Shown: positions 48,318 to 63,368 of the stretch, piece after piece
Numbering within the stretch: position 1 is the stretch's first letter
How the letters are laid out: each line of letters begins with the position of its first letter
Assembly: GCF_000026545.1 (NCBI RefSeq)
Contig: NC_011601.1
Strand: one strand, 5' to 3'
DNA from: Escherichia coli O127:H6 str. E2348/69
Lineage (GTDB): Bacteria > Pseudomonadota > Gammaproteobacteria > Enterobacterales > Enterobacteriaceae
Length of the DNA stretch: 64,000 nucleotides
Notes under the pieces: model-generated
What the model saw: only the letters and a program-made list of their open reading frames with translations
Databases searched by the model: none
Told to the model about the DNA's origin: nothing
Position numbers and translations under genes: made by a program

Positions 48318-49370
48318 ATGCCAGTGTTACACAACCGCATTTCCAACGACGCGTTAAAAGCCAAAATGTTGGCTGAGAGCGAACCGCGAATCACCATTTC
48401 GTTTTATAAGTACTTCCACATCGCAGATCCTAAGGCGACCCGTGACGCTTTATATCAGCTGTTTACCGCGCTGGATGTTTTTGGGCGAGTGTATCTGGCG
48501 CATGAGGGCATTAACGCGCAAATCAGCGTACCTGCGAGCAATGTTGAAACATTTCGCGCGCAGCTTTATGCCTTCGACCCGGCTTTAGAGGGCTTACGCC
48601 TGAATATCGCGTTGGATGATGACGGGAAATCCTTCTGGGTACTGCGCATGAAGGTCCGTGATCGTATCGTTTCCGACGGTATTGACGATCCTCACTTTGA
48701 TGCCAGCAATGTGGGTGAGTATCTGCAAGCGGCGGAAGTGAACGCCATGCTTGACGATCCCGATGCATTGTTTATCGACATGCGTAACCACTATGAGTAT
48801 GAAGTGGGGCACTTTGAAAACGCGCTGGAAATTCCGGCAGATACCTTCCGTGAGCAGCTGCCAAAAGCAGTCGAGATGATGCAGGCACATAAAGATAAAA
48901 AAATCGTTATGTACTGCACCGGCGGCATTCGTTGTGAAAAGGCCAGTGCCTGGATGAAACATAACGGATTCAACAAAGTCTGGCATATCGAGGGCGGAAT
49001 TATTGAATACGCCCGTAAGGCGCGCGAGCAGGGCTTGCCGGTGCGTTTTATTGGCAAAAATTTTGTTTTTGACGAGCGGATGGGCGAACGTATATCTGAT
49101 GAGATTATCGCGCATTGCCACCAGTGCGGTGCGCCGTGCGACAGCCATACCAACTGTAAAAATGATGGCTGCCATCTGCTGTTTATTCAGTGTCCAGTAT
49201 GTGCGGAAAAATACAAAGGTTGTTGTAGTGAGATTTGCTGCGAAGAAAGCGCGTTACCGCCAGAGGAACAGCGACGCCGTCGGGCAGGACGTGAAAATAG
49301 CAATAAGATCTTTAATAAGTCTCGTGGACGTCTGAATACAACACTGGGCATTCCTGATCCAACAGAGTAA
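48318..49370 (+). CDS. trhO: tRNA uridine(34) hydroxylase TrhO (YceA), rhodanese domain
   Basis: 350 aa from [16 protein letters not shown]. Confidence 0.92.
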   Translation: MPVLHNRISNDALKAKMLAESEPRITISFYKYFHIADPKATRDALYQLFTALDVFGRVYLAHEGINAQISVPASNVETFRAQLYAFDPALEGLRLNIALDDDGKSFWVLRMKVRDRIVSDGIDDPHFDASNVGEYLQAAEVNAMLDDPDALFIDMRNHYEYEVGHFENALEIPADTFREQLPKAVEMMQAHKDKKIVMYCTGGIRCEKASAWMKHNGFNKVWHIEGGIIEYARKAREQGLPVRFIGKNFVFDERMGERISDEIIAHCHQCGAPCDSHTNCKNDGCHLLFIQCPVCAEKYKGCCSEICCEESALPPEEQRRRRAGRENSNKIFNKSRGRLNTTLGIPDPTE

Positions 49371-49411
49371 ATATCATTGCCGGATGCGTGCCATCCGGCA
49401 ACATTTCACTC

Positions 49412-49987
49412 TTACTTCTGCTGTACGCCTTCCACTGAAATAATAAGATCCACTTCCTGAGACGCTGGACCTAAATCTGTCTTGATATTGAAGTCTTTGA
49501 GCTTAATTTTGCCTTCGGCCTCAAAGCCTGCACGTTTACCGCCCCACGGGTCGTCACCCTGACCAATTAATTTCGCTTCCAGTGTGACGGGCTTGGTTAC
49601 ACCATTCAGCGTCAGATCGCCGGTAATATCCAGTTCGTCACCGTCTTTCTTCACGCTGGTGGAGGTGAATGTTGCCTGTGGATATTTTGCAGTATTGAGG
49701 AAATCTGCACTGCGAAGATGTTTATCGCGTTCGGCGTGATTAGTATCGACGCTGGTGGTGTTAATTGTCACATTCACTTTATCGGCAGCTGGATTTTTTT
49801 CATCAAAGGTAAAAGTACCGTCGAAATCTTTAAAGGTGCCGTATAACCAGCTATAGCCAAGGTGCTGTATGCGGAAGTTAACAAAGGCGTGCTGACCTTC
49901 TTTGTCAATTTTGTAATCGGCGGCAACCGCTGAACCGGCAGAGAACATCAGGGAAGCGAAGGTTAAACCAAGCAGGCTTTTTTTCAT
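49412..49987 (-). CDS. yceI: Periplasmic protein YceI
   Basis: 191 aa with signal peptide. Confidence 0.92.
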
Positions 49988-49990
49988 TTT

Positions 49991-50557
49991 TTATACTCCA
50001 TAGTCAGATGACGACTTTCCCAGCATGCACTTCAGAGTGTCGTCTTTATCGATGAAATGATGCTTCAGGGCCATAAATCCGTGCATAACGGACAGTACTA
50101 CGACGCTCCACGCGAGCCAAAAATGCAGGGCACCGGCAAAGTCAGCCTGTGCGCCAGCGTCGGCGAGGGTCGCGGGGACGTCAAACCAGCCAAAAACGCT
50201 GATCGGTTTACCATCGGCAGTTGAGATCAGATAGCCGCTGATGCCGATGGCGAACAGCAATAAGTACAATGCGAGATGTCCAGCCTTTGCGCCAAGACGA
50301 GTCATGGGCGAATAACTCTGCAGCGGACCCGGCGGTGGAGATATGACGCGCCACAGAACGCGAATAACCAGCCCCATCATTAACAAAATACCGATGCTTT
50401 TATGCAGTTCGGGTGCTTTGTGATACCAGCCATCGTAATAACTGAGCGTGACCATCCACAGACCTAAAGCAAACATGCCGTAGACAATAATTGCGCTTAG
50501 CCAATGGAAGGCCGCAGATATAACACCATAGCGTTCAGGGGTATTTGTGAATGACAT
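49991..50557 (-). CDS. yceJ: Cytochrome b561 homolog YceJ
   Basis: 188 aa from MSFTNTPERYGVISAAFHW. Confidence 0.9.
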   Translation of the reverse strand: MSFTNTPERYGVISAAFHWLSAIIVYGMFALGLWMVTLSYYDGWYHKAPELHKSIGILLMMGLVIRVLWRVISPPPGPLQSYSPMTRLGAKAGHLALYLLLFAIGISGYLISTADGKPISVFGWFDVPATLADAGAQADFAGALHFWLAWSVVVLSVMHGFMALKHHFIDKDDTLKCMLGKSSSDYGV

Positions 50558-50979
50558 AAGTGCATCCAAAACGAATTTGCGAGAGAAAGAAAATGGCGTG
50601 TCGGAGAATGAATTGCAACACAAAAATAACAAATTGAATGATATTTATTTTTATTTCAATAATTTTGAATTAATAATGAAAGAATCTTCATAAGTTTAGT
50701 GGGTTCAGCATCTGGAAGGTCTAGTGAGTGCTGTAGAGGCAGGAAGAATCTCATTCAATTTTTCACGCTAAATGAAAGGGAGATTAAATATTTGTCAGTT
50801 TATGTCAGTGCGGAAAAACTAAAAATAAAACACGTAGATTAGGTCCATAATTGCTAATAGTCCCCAGAGAAAAAGATAAAGCATCAGATGCTCGCGAATA
50901 TTATTAATGAGATAGTTCACCAACCGACGCATTAAATACCCCTGTAAAAACGGCCTCATTCTGGAGGCCGTAATGATGA

Positions 50980-52098
50980 TTATTGGAAGCGGGAAAGCCT
51001 GAATGGCGTCAAATCAAAATCGCTTTTTTTGTCTTGCGCAAAATCGGCAGCTATTTCCCCTAAAACTGACGCAAATTTAAAACCGTGCCCACTCAGGCCG
51101 GTAATAAGCAGGGTATTATCGTGGCCGGGTAAGGTATCGATAATAAAATCCTCGTCAGGCGAATTATCATAGGTGCAGGCAGCGCCGTACAGGCAGCAGC
51201 CGATACCCGGCAACACATTGCGCAAGAACGGGAAGGCTTCCGAACCATCGCTGACCACTTCCGCAAACGGAACACGTTCATCCGCTGAATGGATAACCTG
51301 GCCTCCGTTATGTTTGCCAATCTTCAACGCGTCGTTTTCTGCCGGAAAACCATAATATTGATCGCCATTGGGCAGTTCACCGGTAAATGCCGGGAATTTA
51401 TTCTTCACGCTATAGCGGCCATCGGCCTGATACCAGGCAAATACTTTGCGTACGGGCAGGACAGGCAGCTCCGGGAGTAGGTCTTTTACCCATGTTCCCG
51501 CGCAGACAATCGCTTTTTTCGCCTGATACTCACCGTCAGCCGTTTCAATAGTTACGCCATCATCGTCATGACGAATTGCGGTGACCGGGCAGTTGAACAG
51601 CTGCGCACAGCCCGCTTCCTTCGCCAGTTGGATCCAGGTTTTAATCGCCAGTTCGCTGCGCAAAAAACCGGAATCAGTTTCAAATAAACCGATGTAGTTG
51701 TCCGGGACGCGTATTTCTGGCCAGCGGGCCATAATCCCTTGCGCGTCGAGCTTTTCAACGTTGAGTTGCCACTGTTCGGCGCTGTGGGCGACGTTGGCGA
51801 GAAATGCGGAGTCAGCCGGACCGAGGTTAATGACACCAGAGCGTACAAAAATGGGATCATCTTCGTTGTGGCGGGAAAGTTCATCCCACAGCATTTGCGC
51901 GCGGAGGACCAGCGGGACATACTTTTCGCCTTCACCATAAGCATGGCGAATTAATCGCGTATCGCCGTGGTGGCTGCCGTGTTGATGCGGTGGCATATGG
52001 GCGTCGGTCATTAGCACGTTTAAACCGGCGCGGGTTGCATAATACCCGGCGGCAGCGCCTACGGAACCGCTGCCAATAATGATGAGATCGTATTTCAT
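50980..52098 (-). CDS. solA: N-methyl-L-tryptophan oxidase SolA
   Basis: 372 aa; FAD-binding GSGSVG. Confidence 0.93.
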   Translation of the reverse strand: MKYDLIIIGSGSVGAAAGYYATRAGLNVLMTDAHMPPHQHGSHHGDTRLIRHAYGEGEKYVPLVLRAQMLWDELSRHNEDDPIFVRSGVINLGPADSAFLANVAHSAEQWQLNVEKLDAQGIMARWPEIRVPDNYIGLFETDSGFLRSELAIKTWIQLAKEAGCAQLFNCPVTAIRHDDDGVTIETADGEYQAKKAIVCAGTWVKDLLPELPVLPVRKVFAWYQADGRYSVKNKFPAFTGELPNGDQYYGFPAENDALKIGKHNGGQVIHSADERVPFAEVVSDGSEAFPFLRNVLPGIGCCLYGAACTYDNSPDEDFIIDTLPGHDNTLLITGLSGHGFKFASVLGEIAADFAQDKKSDFDLTPFRLSRFQ

Positions 52099-52212
52099 TT
52101 TTTTCTCTCTGCTCTCATGGTTTAAGCAGAGTAATTAACTGAATGCAGATATACAACCCAGAAATGGTAAAGGCACCGGTGAGGTGCCTTTTGGGTGGAT
52201 GGTCATGTCATG

Positions 52213-52467
52213 TTAATGACGCCGATACTCGTTTACCTGGAAATCACCGGATTCAATTTTGGCGATTCCTGCTTCTAATATCGAAATAAATTGTCTGGCA
52301 ACATCAGTGGTTAACCAGAGCGTCTGACCAACTTCAGTCCCTTCCTGCTCGGACTTATTTGGGGTCTGGTAGTGCAAACGCAACATCAGCGCATCATAGC
52401 TATCAACGGTGCTGATGTCCCACCCTACGAGCGGATGTGTCTGAATGACTTCATTATTTTTTTCCAT
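52213..52467 (-). CDS. bssS: Biofilm regulator BssS
   Basis: 84 aa. Confidence 0.9.
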   Translation of the reverse strand: MEKNNEVIQTHPLVGWDISTVDSYDALMLRLHYQTPNKSEQEGTEVGQTLWLTTDVARQFISILEAGIAKIESGDFQVNEYRRH

Positions 52468-52756
52468 CATGGCCCCCTAATTCGTGTTACTAGACAACGT
52501 TATTCGAGGTTCAATGCGTTTTTATCTGAAGCAACTTCAGTATACCAATAAGTAAGGGTATTCACCGAATTTTTAAAGGGGGGAGCAGATAAATTTCTGC
52601 TTTTAAGATTTATATGAACAATAAAACAGCATGTCATTCATATTTTTTTAGCATATTGTGCAATTATTTTGAGGAAGTGTAGAAATTTTGTACTCACAAT
52701 TCGCAAGTAAAATAAAAAAGCCGGGGCGACCCGGCAAAAACAAAAATCACTGCATA

Positions 52757-53002
52757 TTATTCGCTGACAAACCAGTCATCGGCGCTTTCCCACGTTTCCT
52801 GGAGAATTTCGCTAATGCGCTGTTTATCTTCTTTTGTCGCGCCAATAACCGATAAATTATTTGCTGCGGCATAACGTACCGATACGTGGCCTTCATTATC
52901 AGGAAACGCATACTGAATACGGCGGGAAAGTTCGCCAGCCAGGGCGTCAATAGCCCCAGCTGGCAATGGAGAAGTTTTCGCTATGGTGACTTCAATTCGC
53001 AT
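52757..53002 (-). CDS. dinI: DNA damage-inducible protein DinI
   Basis: 81 aa from MRIEVTIAKTSPLPAGAIDAL. Confidence 0.92.
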   Translation of the reverse strand: MRIEVTIAKTSPLPAGAIDALAGELSRRIQYAFPDNEGHVSVRYAAANNLSVIGATKEDKQRISEILQETWESADDWFVSE

Positions 53003-53021
53003 AATAGCCCCCTGTTGAATA

Positions 53022-53041
53022 TACTGGTTATTTATACAGGT
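53022..53041 (-). promoter_or_regulatory. LexA (SOS) box upstream of dinI
   Basis: Minus-strand ACCTGTATAAATAACCAGTA (CTGT-N8-CCAG) 20 bp upstream of the dinI ATG. Confidence 0.6.
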
Positions 53042-53075
53042 AAAATAACCTAATGACAACAGGAAGCTACGATTT

Positions 53076-54122
53076 TTATTGTTTAACGGACCAGCGTACC
53101 GTTTCTCCGGCGAGGAATGGCACCAGCGTGTCATCAGTCAGTGCGATGCTTTCAGCAACCTGTTGCTCTTCACGTACCAGTTCGATGAATGTGTCGTTGA
53201 CCGGCAAGCCATAGAACTGCGGGCCGTTTACAGAACAGAATGCTTCAAAGTGCTGCAAAGCATTCATCTCTTCAAAGACGGTAGCGTAACTGCCCAGCGC
53301 GGTTGGGGCGTTGAAACAGCCTGCGCAGCCGCAGCTGCTCTCTTTGCGATGACGTGCATGTGGCGCAGAATCCGTTCCGAGGAATACACGATTAAAACCG
53401 CTGGCGACCAGTTCACGCAATGCCTGTTGGTGGATATTGCGTTTGAGGATGGGTAGACAATACAGGTGCGGACGCACGCCACCAACCAGCATATGGTTGC
53501 GGTTAAACATCAGATGCTGCGGAGTGATGGTGGCAGCCAGCCGTTCATTTCCGTCACGGACATAGTCGGCAGCGTCTTTGGTGGTGATGTGCTCAAAAAC
53601 GACTTTCAGTGCAGTCAGGCGCTGGCGCAGCGGTTCCATCACGCTTTCTATAAAGCGCGCTTCACGATCAAAAATGTCGATATCTGCATGTGTTACTTCA
53701 CCATGCACCAGTAGCGGCATACCGATTTTTTCCATGCGCTCAAGTACCGGCATGATTGCGTCAACTGACGTAACGCCGTGGCTGGAGTTAGTGGTTGCGT
53801 TTGCCGGATAAAGTTTTGCAGCGGTGAACACGCCTTCGTTAAATCCGCGCTCCAGCTCATTAGGATCCAGCGAATCTGTTAAATAACAGGTCATCAGCGG
53901 GGTGAAATCGTGCCCGGCAGGTACGGCGTCAAGAATGCGCTGGCGATACGCTACGGCAGCCTCAACGGTGGTCACGGGCGGAGCCAGATTGGGCATTACG
54001 ATAGCCCGTCCATAAATTTCGCTGGTATACGGCACGACAGTTTTTAACATGTCGCCATCGCGGAGGTGAAGGTGCCAGTCGTCTGGGCGGCGGATCTTTA
54101 ATACCTGGGATGGTGCAGTCAT
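53076..54122 (-). CDS. pyrC: Dihydroorotase PyrC
   Basis: 348 aa. Confidence 0.95.
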   Translation of the reverse strand: MTAPSQVLKIRRPDDWHLHLRDGDMLKTVVPYTSEIYGRAIVMPNLAPPVTTVEAAVAYRQRILDAVPAGHDFTPLMTCYLTDSLDPNELERGFNEGVFTAAKLYPANATTNSSHGVTSVDAIMPVLERMEKIGMPLLVHGEVTHADIDIFDREARFIESVMEPLRQRLTALKVVFEHITTKDAADYVRDGNERLAATITPQHLMFNRNHMLVGGVRPHLYCLPILKRNIHQQALRELVASGFNRVFLGTDSAPHARHRKESSCGCAGCFNAPTALGSYATVFEEMNALQHFEAFCSVNGPQFYGLPVNDTFIELVREEQQVAESIALTDDTLVPFLAGETVRWSVKQ

Positions 54123-54227
54123 TAATCTCTATGCTCCGGCTGAAGGGATGTTTTTGCCGGACACAAAGGATAAGCGGAAACGTTTTCCTTTGCACGAAAA
54201 ATAAAGGGCGCGAATGCGCCCTCGTGA

Positions 54228-54788
54228 TTAATCAGTAAACGGAATGACAATTTCGCCTGGCTTCACTTCAATGCCTTTCGCCAGTTTCTTCGCCATTGCT
54301 TCGCCCTGGCTGCCATCTTCGCGCAGGACGTAAGCAGGTTGCTGGTTAAAGTAATTGCGTAATGCCTGGTTTAAATAGGGAAGCAACGTTTGCATCACCG
54401 TTTGCATTTTTTCCGGTTGTACCGTCGCATCGACCACTTCCATCTCTTTCAGGAAGATCGCGCCTTTTTCTTTATCAAACACGGGCAGCGCTTTCAGCTT
54501 CAGTTTCATGGTCGCTTTCTGGCTACCGAACAGGGAGTTCATGTCCAGATTGGCGTCTCCGGTTAGGGTAACCTTATTCGGCTCTTCGCGACCAATTTGG
54601 CTGGTCAGGTTTGTCAGAACAATATGGGCGTCAGCCACGCCGGGTAAACCGATATCTTTTGAGAAATTATTATGTTTCGCAAGCGACTGGTTAATTTCTT
54701 GTTCGGTGATGGTGTATTGGGTGAGTTGATTACAGCCAACGAGCAGGCCACTGACGATCAATGCAGCGGCAAATAAAAACTTGTTCAT
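54228..54788 (-). CDS. yceB: Lipoprotein YceB
   Basis: 186 aa from MNKFLFAAALIVSGLLVGC. Confidence 0.9.
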   Translation of the reverse strand: MNKFLFAAALIVSGLLVGCNQLTQYTITEQEINQSLAKHNNFSKDIGLPGVADAHIVLTNLTSQIGREEPNKVTLTGDANLDMNSLFGSQKATMKLKLKALPVFDKEKGAIFLKEMEVVDATVQPEKMQTVMQTLLPYLNQALRNYFNQQPAYVLREDGSQGEAMAKKLAKGIEVKPGEIVIPFTD

Positions 54789-54921
54789 GGTAGTCCTCGA
54801 CATGAAATCTGCGTCAATATCCTGACACAACGCAGCATGTGTCACCAGCGATAAACGCGCCAGCAGAAAAAACTGAAAACGGCGGCAACCCGCGAATACA
54901 GGCTGCCGCGGCGGGTCAGGA

Positions 54922-55569
54922 TTAAATCGCCATTGATGATAACAAATTGAGTTGTGTCTGTTTCGCCATATTATCGCGGTAATCAGCAACGCGGCTTGGC
55001 CAGTTGATTCCGGCTACTAGCGTCAGATTACGCAGGAGCGGAAATAGCTGAATATCATCTTCCGAAAGTTCGCCATTCACGGCGTTCGGTTTGACGATCA
55101 GTTTGTCCAGCGCACGTAAATCATCGCTGATATTCTTAATCAGACCGTCAGAGTGGGCCAGCAGGTCGGCAAAATTACCCGCGCTGGCCTCTTTCTTGTC
55201 GACGAAATATTTGCGCGCGGCAGGAGTAGAAAACTCATCAAATGCCGATTTGGCAAAACGCGGCAACAGCAGTTTGTTGGCGTAGCCATTGACCTTGCGC
55301 AGCCACTCTTCAATGGCAGGGGAACGTTTGCCGGTCAGTAACGGTTTGCCGTCGAGTTTATCGACATAGTGAACGATGTCCATGCTTTCTGGCATATAGC
55401 GGCTGTCATCTTTTTGCAGAATGGGAACCTGTTTTTGACCGACCATCCGGGTGGGTGTTTCTGCGTCGTCGTTGAGCAGAACATGTAATTCGACGGGGAT
55501 ATTTTTCAGGCCGAAAATCATGCGGGCTTTGAGGCAGTAAGGGCAGTGATCGTAAATGTATAGCTTCAC
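54922..55569 (-). CDS. grxB: Glutaredoxin 2
   Basis: 215 aa with CPYC active site. Confidence 0.95.
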   Translation of the reverse strand: MKLYIYDHCPYCLKARMIFGLKNIPVELHVLLNDDAETPTRMVGQKQVPILQKDDSRYMPESMDIVHYVDKLDGKPLLTGKRSPAIEEWLRKVNGYANKLLLPRFAKSAFDEFSTPAARKYFVDKKEASAGNFADLLAHSDGLIKNISDDLRALDKLIVKPNAVNGELSEDDIQLFPLLRNLTLVAGINWPSRVADYRDNMAKQTQLNLLSSMAI

Positions 55570-55632
55570 GTGACTCCTCCATTTGGCTATCAGTTCACTT
55601 TCAGTATGGAGGAGTCAGGGGGGAGTATCAAA

Positions 55633-56841
55633 TCAGGCGTCGCGTTCAAGCAAACGACGCGCGGCGCGTTTCTGGCTAAACTGCCAACCCAGCGCAAGGA
55701 AAGTGAAGATGCCAATAATGCCCAGCATCATCCACGGAAGCTCTGGCTGGTGCGCCGATTTGCCCAGGTCAAACAGCCAGCCGCCACCGATATAACCAAT
55801 AGCGCCGCCAATCGCCAGACCCAGACGGCTAAACCCCATATAGCTGCCGCGAGCTCTTGCGTCTGCCAGCGAAGCACTTAAGGTTTCACGCGCAGGCTCG
55901 GCAATGATCGACCCGATATAAAACAGACAAATCAGGGTGAAAAGTTGTTGCAGGCCGCTGACCATGCCTACTGGCATCATGCTTAATGACATTATTAACA
56001 GCCCAGCCATTAACCGGTGTTCCAGACGAAAATGCTTTTCACTCCAGCGGGCGATAGGGTAGAGCAACGTTAACGACAGACACGCTTCAATGGCATACAT
56101 CCATTTAACGGCAGAGGGCGCGCCAGCCACGTCGTTGACCATAATTGGCAGCATCAGCATCACTTGTACAGCCAGCATGTAGTAACCCGCCAGCGTCAGG
56201 ACATAGGTGACAAAACGCTTGTCGCGCATCACGCGGGTCATGCCTTCGCGAACGGGCGTGCGTACGGTGGAGAGTTTCCATGCCGGTAACAACCACGCAT
56301 TGAACGCTGCACACAGCACAAACAAAACTGCCCCTGTGGCGCAGACCAGGCGAAAGTCGTATTGCAACAGCCAGCTCCCCAACAATGCGCCAATGACCGC
56401 ACCGGCACTGTCCTGCATCATCAACAGCGAGAAAAAACGACCACGCTGTTGTGGACGGATTAGTTTCACCACCAGCGCCGAACGCGGAGGATCAAACAAC
56501 GTGCCGCCGAGTCCCGAAAGCAGGCATGAAAACCACAGTAGCCACGGTTCGTGGGCGATACCCATTGTGGCGAATCCGGCGGCACGCATCAGCATACCGG
56601 TGACAATCATCGGTTTGGCACCAAAGCGGTCGGCAATTGCGCCGCCGAAAATACCCAGACCTTGCTGAATAAACTGGCGTAGACCGAGGGCAATACCGAC
56701 CATGACGGCGGCCCAGCCCATTTGATCAACGAAGCGGATAGAGATCAGCGGGAAGACAACAAAGAACCCCAGCACGACCAGCATATTATCGATGAGCAGG
56801 AAATATTTACCCAGGTTCCTCGCCTGCGACACGCGGGACAT
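55633..56841 (-). CDS. mdtH: MFS transporter MdtH
   Basis: 402 aa from [14 protein letters not shown]. Confidence 0.92.
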
Positions 56842-57076
56842 TTCCCCTCCCGGGAAATAAAAGATGAGCACTTTCTATTCTGCATTGCCGCTAAGACTTT
56901 TCCCATCACTTCGGGGACAATATTTTTTTATCAAAACGTCGCTTTGATAGAGAGTTTTTATCAAATATGTGAATAATGCAGAAAATGGCATTCTGGACTT
57001 TTCACAGGGTCTGGTTGCGCAGGTATAGTAATACTTACAGCGTATTAAAGACGTTACGGGAAGGAGTAGGTATAGA

Positions 57077-58319
<1,243 letters not shown>

Positions 58320-58320
58320 A

Positions 58321-59244
58321 GTGAAAAAATTACGTATCGGCGTAGTGGGGTTAGGCGGCATTGCGCAAAAAGCGTGGTTACCGGTGCTGGCGGCAGCGTC
58401 TGACTGGACGTTACAAGGTGCGTGGTCGCCTACGCGCGCGAAAGCCCTGCCAATTTGTGAAAGCTGGCGCATTCCTTATGCCGATTCGTTATCCAGCCTT
58501 GCCGCCAGTTGCGATGCGGTTTTTGTGCATTCCAGCACCGCCAGCCACTTTGACGTGGTCAGTACGTTACTCAATGCGGGGGTACATGTCTGTGTCGATA
58601 AACCGCTGGCAGAAAATCTGCGCGATGCTGAACGGCTGGTGGAACTTGCGGCGCGGAAAAAACTGACGTTGATGGTCGGTTTTAACCGTCGTTTCGCACC
58701 ACTCTACGGAGAGTTAAAAACGCAACTCGCCACCGCAGCCTCGCTAAGAATGGATAAACATCGTAGCAATAGCGTCGGGCCACACGATCTTTATTTCACG
58801 TTGCTGGATGATTATTTGCATGTGGTTGATACCGCGCTGTGGTTGTCTGGCGGCAATGCAACTCTCGAAAGCGGTACGTTGCTGACCAATGAGTCCGGCG
58901 AAATGCTGTTTGCCGAGCACCATTTTTCGGCCGGTCCTTTGCAGATCACCACCTGTATGCATCGCCGTGCCGGAAGCCAGCGTGAAACCGTGCAGGCCGT
59001 GACTGACGGTGCGCTCATCGACATTACGGATATGCGCGAATGGCGTGAGGAGCGTGGGCAGGGCGTAGTGCATAAACCGATTCCTGGTTGGCAGAGTACG
59101 CTTGAGCAACGTGGATTTGTCGGCTGTGCGCGGCACTTCATTGAATGCGTGCAAAATCAGACAGTTCCGCAAACAGCCGGCGAACAGGCCGTGCTGGCGC
59201 AACGTATCGTTGACAAGATCTGGCGCGATGCGATGAGTGAATAA
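58321..59244 (+). CDS. yceM: Oxidoreductase YceM (MviM)
   Basis: 307 aa from a GTG start; Rossmann fold (GVVGLGGIAQKAW). Confidence 0.9.
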   Translation: MKKLRIGVVGLGGIAQKAWLPVLAAASDWTLQGAWSPTRAKALPICESWRIPYADSLSSLAASCDAVFVHSSTASHFDVVSTLLNAGVHVCVDKPLAENLRDAERLVELAARKKLTLMVGFNRRFAPLYGELKTQLATAASLRMDKHRSNSVGPHDLYFTLLDDYLHVVDTALWLSGGNATLESGTLLTNESGEMLFAEHHFSAGPLQITTCMHRRAGSQRETVQAVTDGALIDITDMREWREERGQGVVHKPIPGWQSTLEQRGFVGCARHFIECVQNQTVPQTAGEQAVLAQRIVDKIWRDAMSE

Positions 59245-59266
59245 ACCCTGTAACATCTGGCGGTAG

Positions 59267-60889
<1,623 letters not shown>

Positions 60890-60928
60890 CGATACATTCC
60901 GGCCCGCAGTGCAGGCCGGAGTTAATCT

Positions 60929-61345
60929 TCAGATCGAAATCTTTTTACTGCCGCGATGGGTTGTTGAGGTCTGACCGTTCGCCCCATACAGCGTCGGTTC
61001 CTGATGCGGTTTCAACATTTCCAGCGCCTGTTGATTGCGTTCAATCTGTCCTTCCAGTAACCAGCCGTTATGTTGATTCAGTTGGCGTAGTTGCTGCGTT
61101 TTGCCAGTAATTTCCTGCCAGCGTTGACTAATATCAACGCTATTTGCTGTATTGGGTTCTTTCCTGCGTAACTGTTCGAGGTAATCCAGCGTCGCCAGCA
61201 GTGAGCTTTTTTGTTCTGTAATCCATTGCAACTGGCTGCCGTTGATCTGCCCCATAGAGAGATGTTGCTGCTCTTGATCCATTACCGTTTTGAGATCGTT
61301 AAGCACAGCGGACATCTGGTCGAGGATCTCTGCAAGACGCGTCAT
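60929..61345 (-). CDS. flgN: Flagellar export chaperone FlgN
   Basis: 138 aa. Confidence 0.93.
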   Translation of the reverse strand: MTRLAEILDQMSAVLNDLKTVMDQEQQHLSMGQINGSQLQWITEQKSSLLATLDYLEQLRRKEPNTANSVDISQRWQEITGKTQQLRQLNQHNGWLLEGQIERNQQALEMLKPHQEPTLYGANGQTSTTHRGSKKISI

Positions 61346-61349
61346 ACGA

Positions 61350-61643
61350 TCAATTACTCTGCAAGTCTTGCTGCGCTTCGTTGATCAGCGCATCGGCAAT
61401 TTTGCCGGTGTCCATTTTTAGTTCACCGTTACGAATCGCCAGTTTTAACGCTTCGACACGTTCAAGATTGATATCGCTGCTGCCGGGTTGCATCAGTTTT
61501 GCTTGCGCGTCGCTTAACGTCACACTGGTGCTGGTGGAGGCTGTTGTTTTTGCCGCTCGGGTGTTTGTTACCGGCGCGTCAGTGGTTTCGCGCGGTTGAA
61601 CGGTGCTTACTGGCTTCAGAGGCGAAGTGCGATCAATACTCAT
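61350..61643 (-). CDS. flgM: Anti-sigma-28 factor FlgM
   Basis: 97 aa. Confidence 0.93.
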   Translation of the reverse strand: MSIDRTSPLKPVSTVQPRETTDAPVTNTRAAKTTASTSTSVTLSDAQAKLMQPGSSDINLERVEALKLAIRNGELKMDTGKIADALINEAQQDLQSN

Positions 61644-61686
61644 GGTTTATTCCTCATTGAGGGCGCTTTTATCATGTGTTGCTTAT

Positions 61687-61713
61687 TTATCGGCAAGGGA
61701 CGGGTAATCTTTA
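61687..61713 (-). promoter_or_regulatory. Sigma-28 (FliA) class 3 promoter for flgMN
   Basis: Minus strand reads TAAA-N15-GCCGATAA, the sigma-28 consensus, upstream of flgM. Confidence 0.7.
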
Positions 61714-61718
61714 ACAGC

Positions 61719-62378
61719 TTACAGGTTTATAAGAATATTCCCATCTGCATCAACAACGCCGCTGACCACTTGTCCCGATATCATGCGCACCCGCGCATTC
61801 TGTGCGACGGCTGCATTGTTCAGCGCCTGACCTTCTGCGTTGGCGCTAAACCCATCACCGCTGGCGATCACGTTGACACGTTGTCCCGCTTTTACCCGCC
61901 ATGCCTGGCGAAAGTGGGTTAACTGGATAGGTTGATCGGGTGATAGATCGCGCAGGCTAACGGCATCAACAAGTTGATTGATATCCAGCACCGTACGCGG
62001 TGGCAAGGTATCCAGCCGTCCGCGTTTCAGTTTGACATTGCCAGCTTCCAGCTTTCCTCCACGCACAATGGGCATCGCGGCAACCACATAATTTCCTGTG
62101 GCCTGCACATTAACCTGTAAATATCGTTTGTCGTTACCGCAGCGTGCCAACACATTCACATTGCCCCACAGACGGGAATTATTGCTCATCGAAAGCAATG
62201 GCTGATCGCACGGCGGTAGCAGATTGGGTGCTGTACGAATAGAAACACGAACCTCATCACTTACCCCCGCGAGTTGGGCGCTAAAAAAGTTGTGCAATTG
62301 CGATGTGAGATTGCTCGCCGTACTTAACGGACTGAACAGTATCGCGATGATCGCCACGCTACGTTTTATTGTCAGCAT
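61719..62378 (-). CDS. flgA: Flagellar P-ring assembly chaperone FlgA
   Basis: 219 aa with signal peptide. Confidence 0.93.
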   Translation of the reverse strand: MLTIKRSVAIIAILFSPLSTASNLTSQLHNFFSAQLAGVSDEVRVSIRTAPNLLPPCDQPLLSMSNNSRLWGNVNVLARCGNDKRYLQVNVQATGNYVVAAMPIVRGGKLEAGNVKLKRGRLDTLPPRTVLDINQLVDAVSLRDLSPDQPIQLTHFRQAWRVKAGQRVNVIASGDGFSANAEGQALNNAAVAQNARVRMISGQVVSGVVDADGNILINL

Positions 62379-62532
62379 TTTCGTCCCCAGCCATTTCTAC
62401 AACGTGAATTGTACCTGTCCGCAATGACCATCAACGGCATAAATAGCGACCCATTTTGCGTTTATTCCGCCGATAACGCGCGCGTAAAGGCATTTAAGCT
62501 GATGGCCGAATTTTGATACCTGCGGAGGAGAT

Positions 62533-62949
62533 ATGCTCGATAAGCTCGACGCCGCCTTACGTTTTCAACAAGAGGCGCTCAATCTGCGCGCCCAGCGTCA
62601 GGAAGTGCTGGCAGCAAACATCGCCAATGCCGATACCCCTGGTTATCAGGCGCGCGATATCGATTTTGCCAGTGAACTTAAAAAAGTCATGCAACGTGGA
62701 CGGGATGCAACCAGTGTGGTTGCTCTGACGATGACCTCAACGAAACACATTCCGGCGCAGGCGCTGACGCCTCCTTCCGCAGAACTGCAATACCGTATTC
62801 CGGACCAGCCTTCGCTTGACGGTAATACTGTCGATATGGATCGCGAACGCACCCAGTTTGCCGATAACAGCCTGCAATACCAGATGAGCCTTAGCGCGTT
62901 GAGCGGGCAGATCAAAGGCATGATGAACGTTTTACAGAGCGGAAATTAA
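62533..62949 (+). CDS. flgB: Flagellar basal-body rod protein FlgB
   Basis: 138 aa. Confidence 0.95.
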   Translation: MLDKLDAALRFQQEALNLRAQRQEVLAANIANADTPGYQARDIDFASELKKVMQRGRDATSVVALTMTSTKHIPAQALTPPSAELQYRIPDQPSLDGNTVDMDRERTQFADNSLQYQMSLSALSGQIKGMMNVLQSGN

Positions 62950-62952
62950 CGG

Positions 62953-63357
62953 ATGGCACTGCTGAATATTTTTGATATCGCCGGGTCGGCGTTAACTGCC
63001 CAGTCCCAGCGCCTGAACGTGGCGGCCAGTAATCTGGCGAATGCTGATAGCGTCACCGGTCCCGATGGACAGCCATATCGGGCAAAACAGGTGGTATTCC
63101 AGGTTAACGCTGCGCCAGGTGCTGCGACAGGCGGCGTAAAGGTTGCCGATGTTATAGAAAGTCAGGCTCCGGACAAACTGGTTTATGAACCGGGTAATCC
63201 GCTGGCGGATGCAAAGGGCTACGTGAAAATGCCAAACGTTGATGTCGTCGGAGAGATGGTTAACACCATGTCGGCGTCACGCAGTTATCAGGCCAATGTT
63301 GAAGTGCTCAACACGGTGAAAAGCATGATGCTGAAAACCCTTACGCTCGGTCAATAA
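62953..63357 (+). CDS. flgC: Flagellar basal-body rod protein FlgC
   Basis: 134 aa. Confidence 0.95.
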
Positions 63358-63368
63358 AGGAGAAAGCT

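Noticed and set aside
49379-49399. Hairpin GCCGGATG-CGTGC-CATCCGGC between trhO and yceI as a bidirectional terminator
   Set aside because: Perfect stem but no clear T-run on either strand; could equally be a REP-type palindrome, so not annotated.
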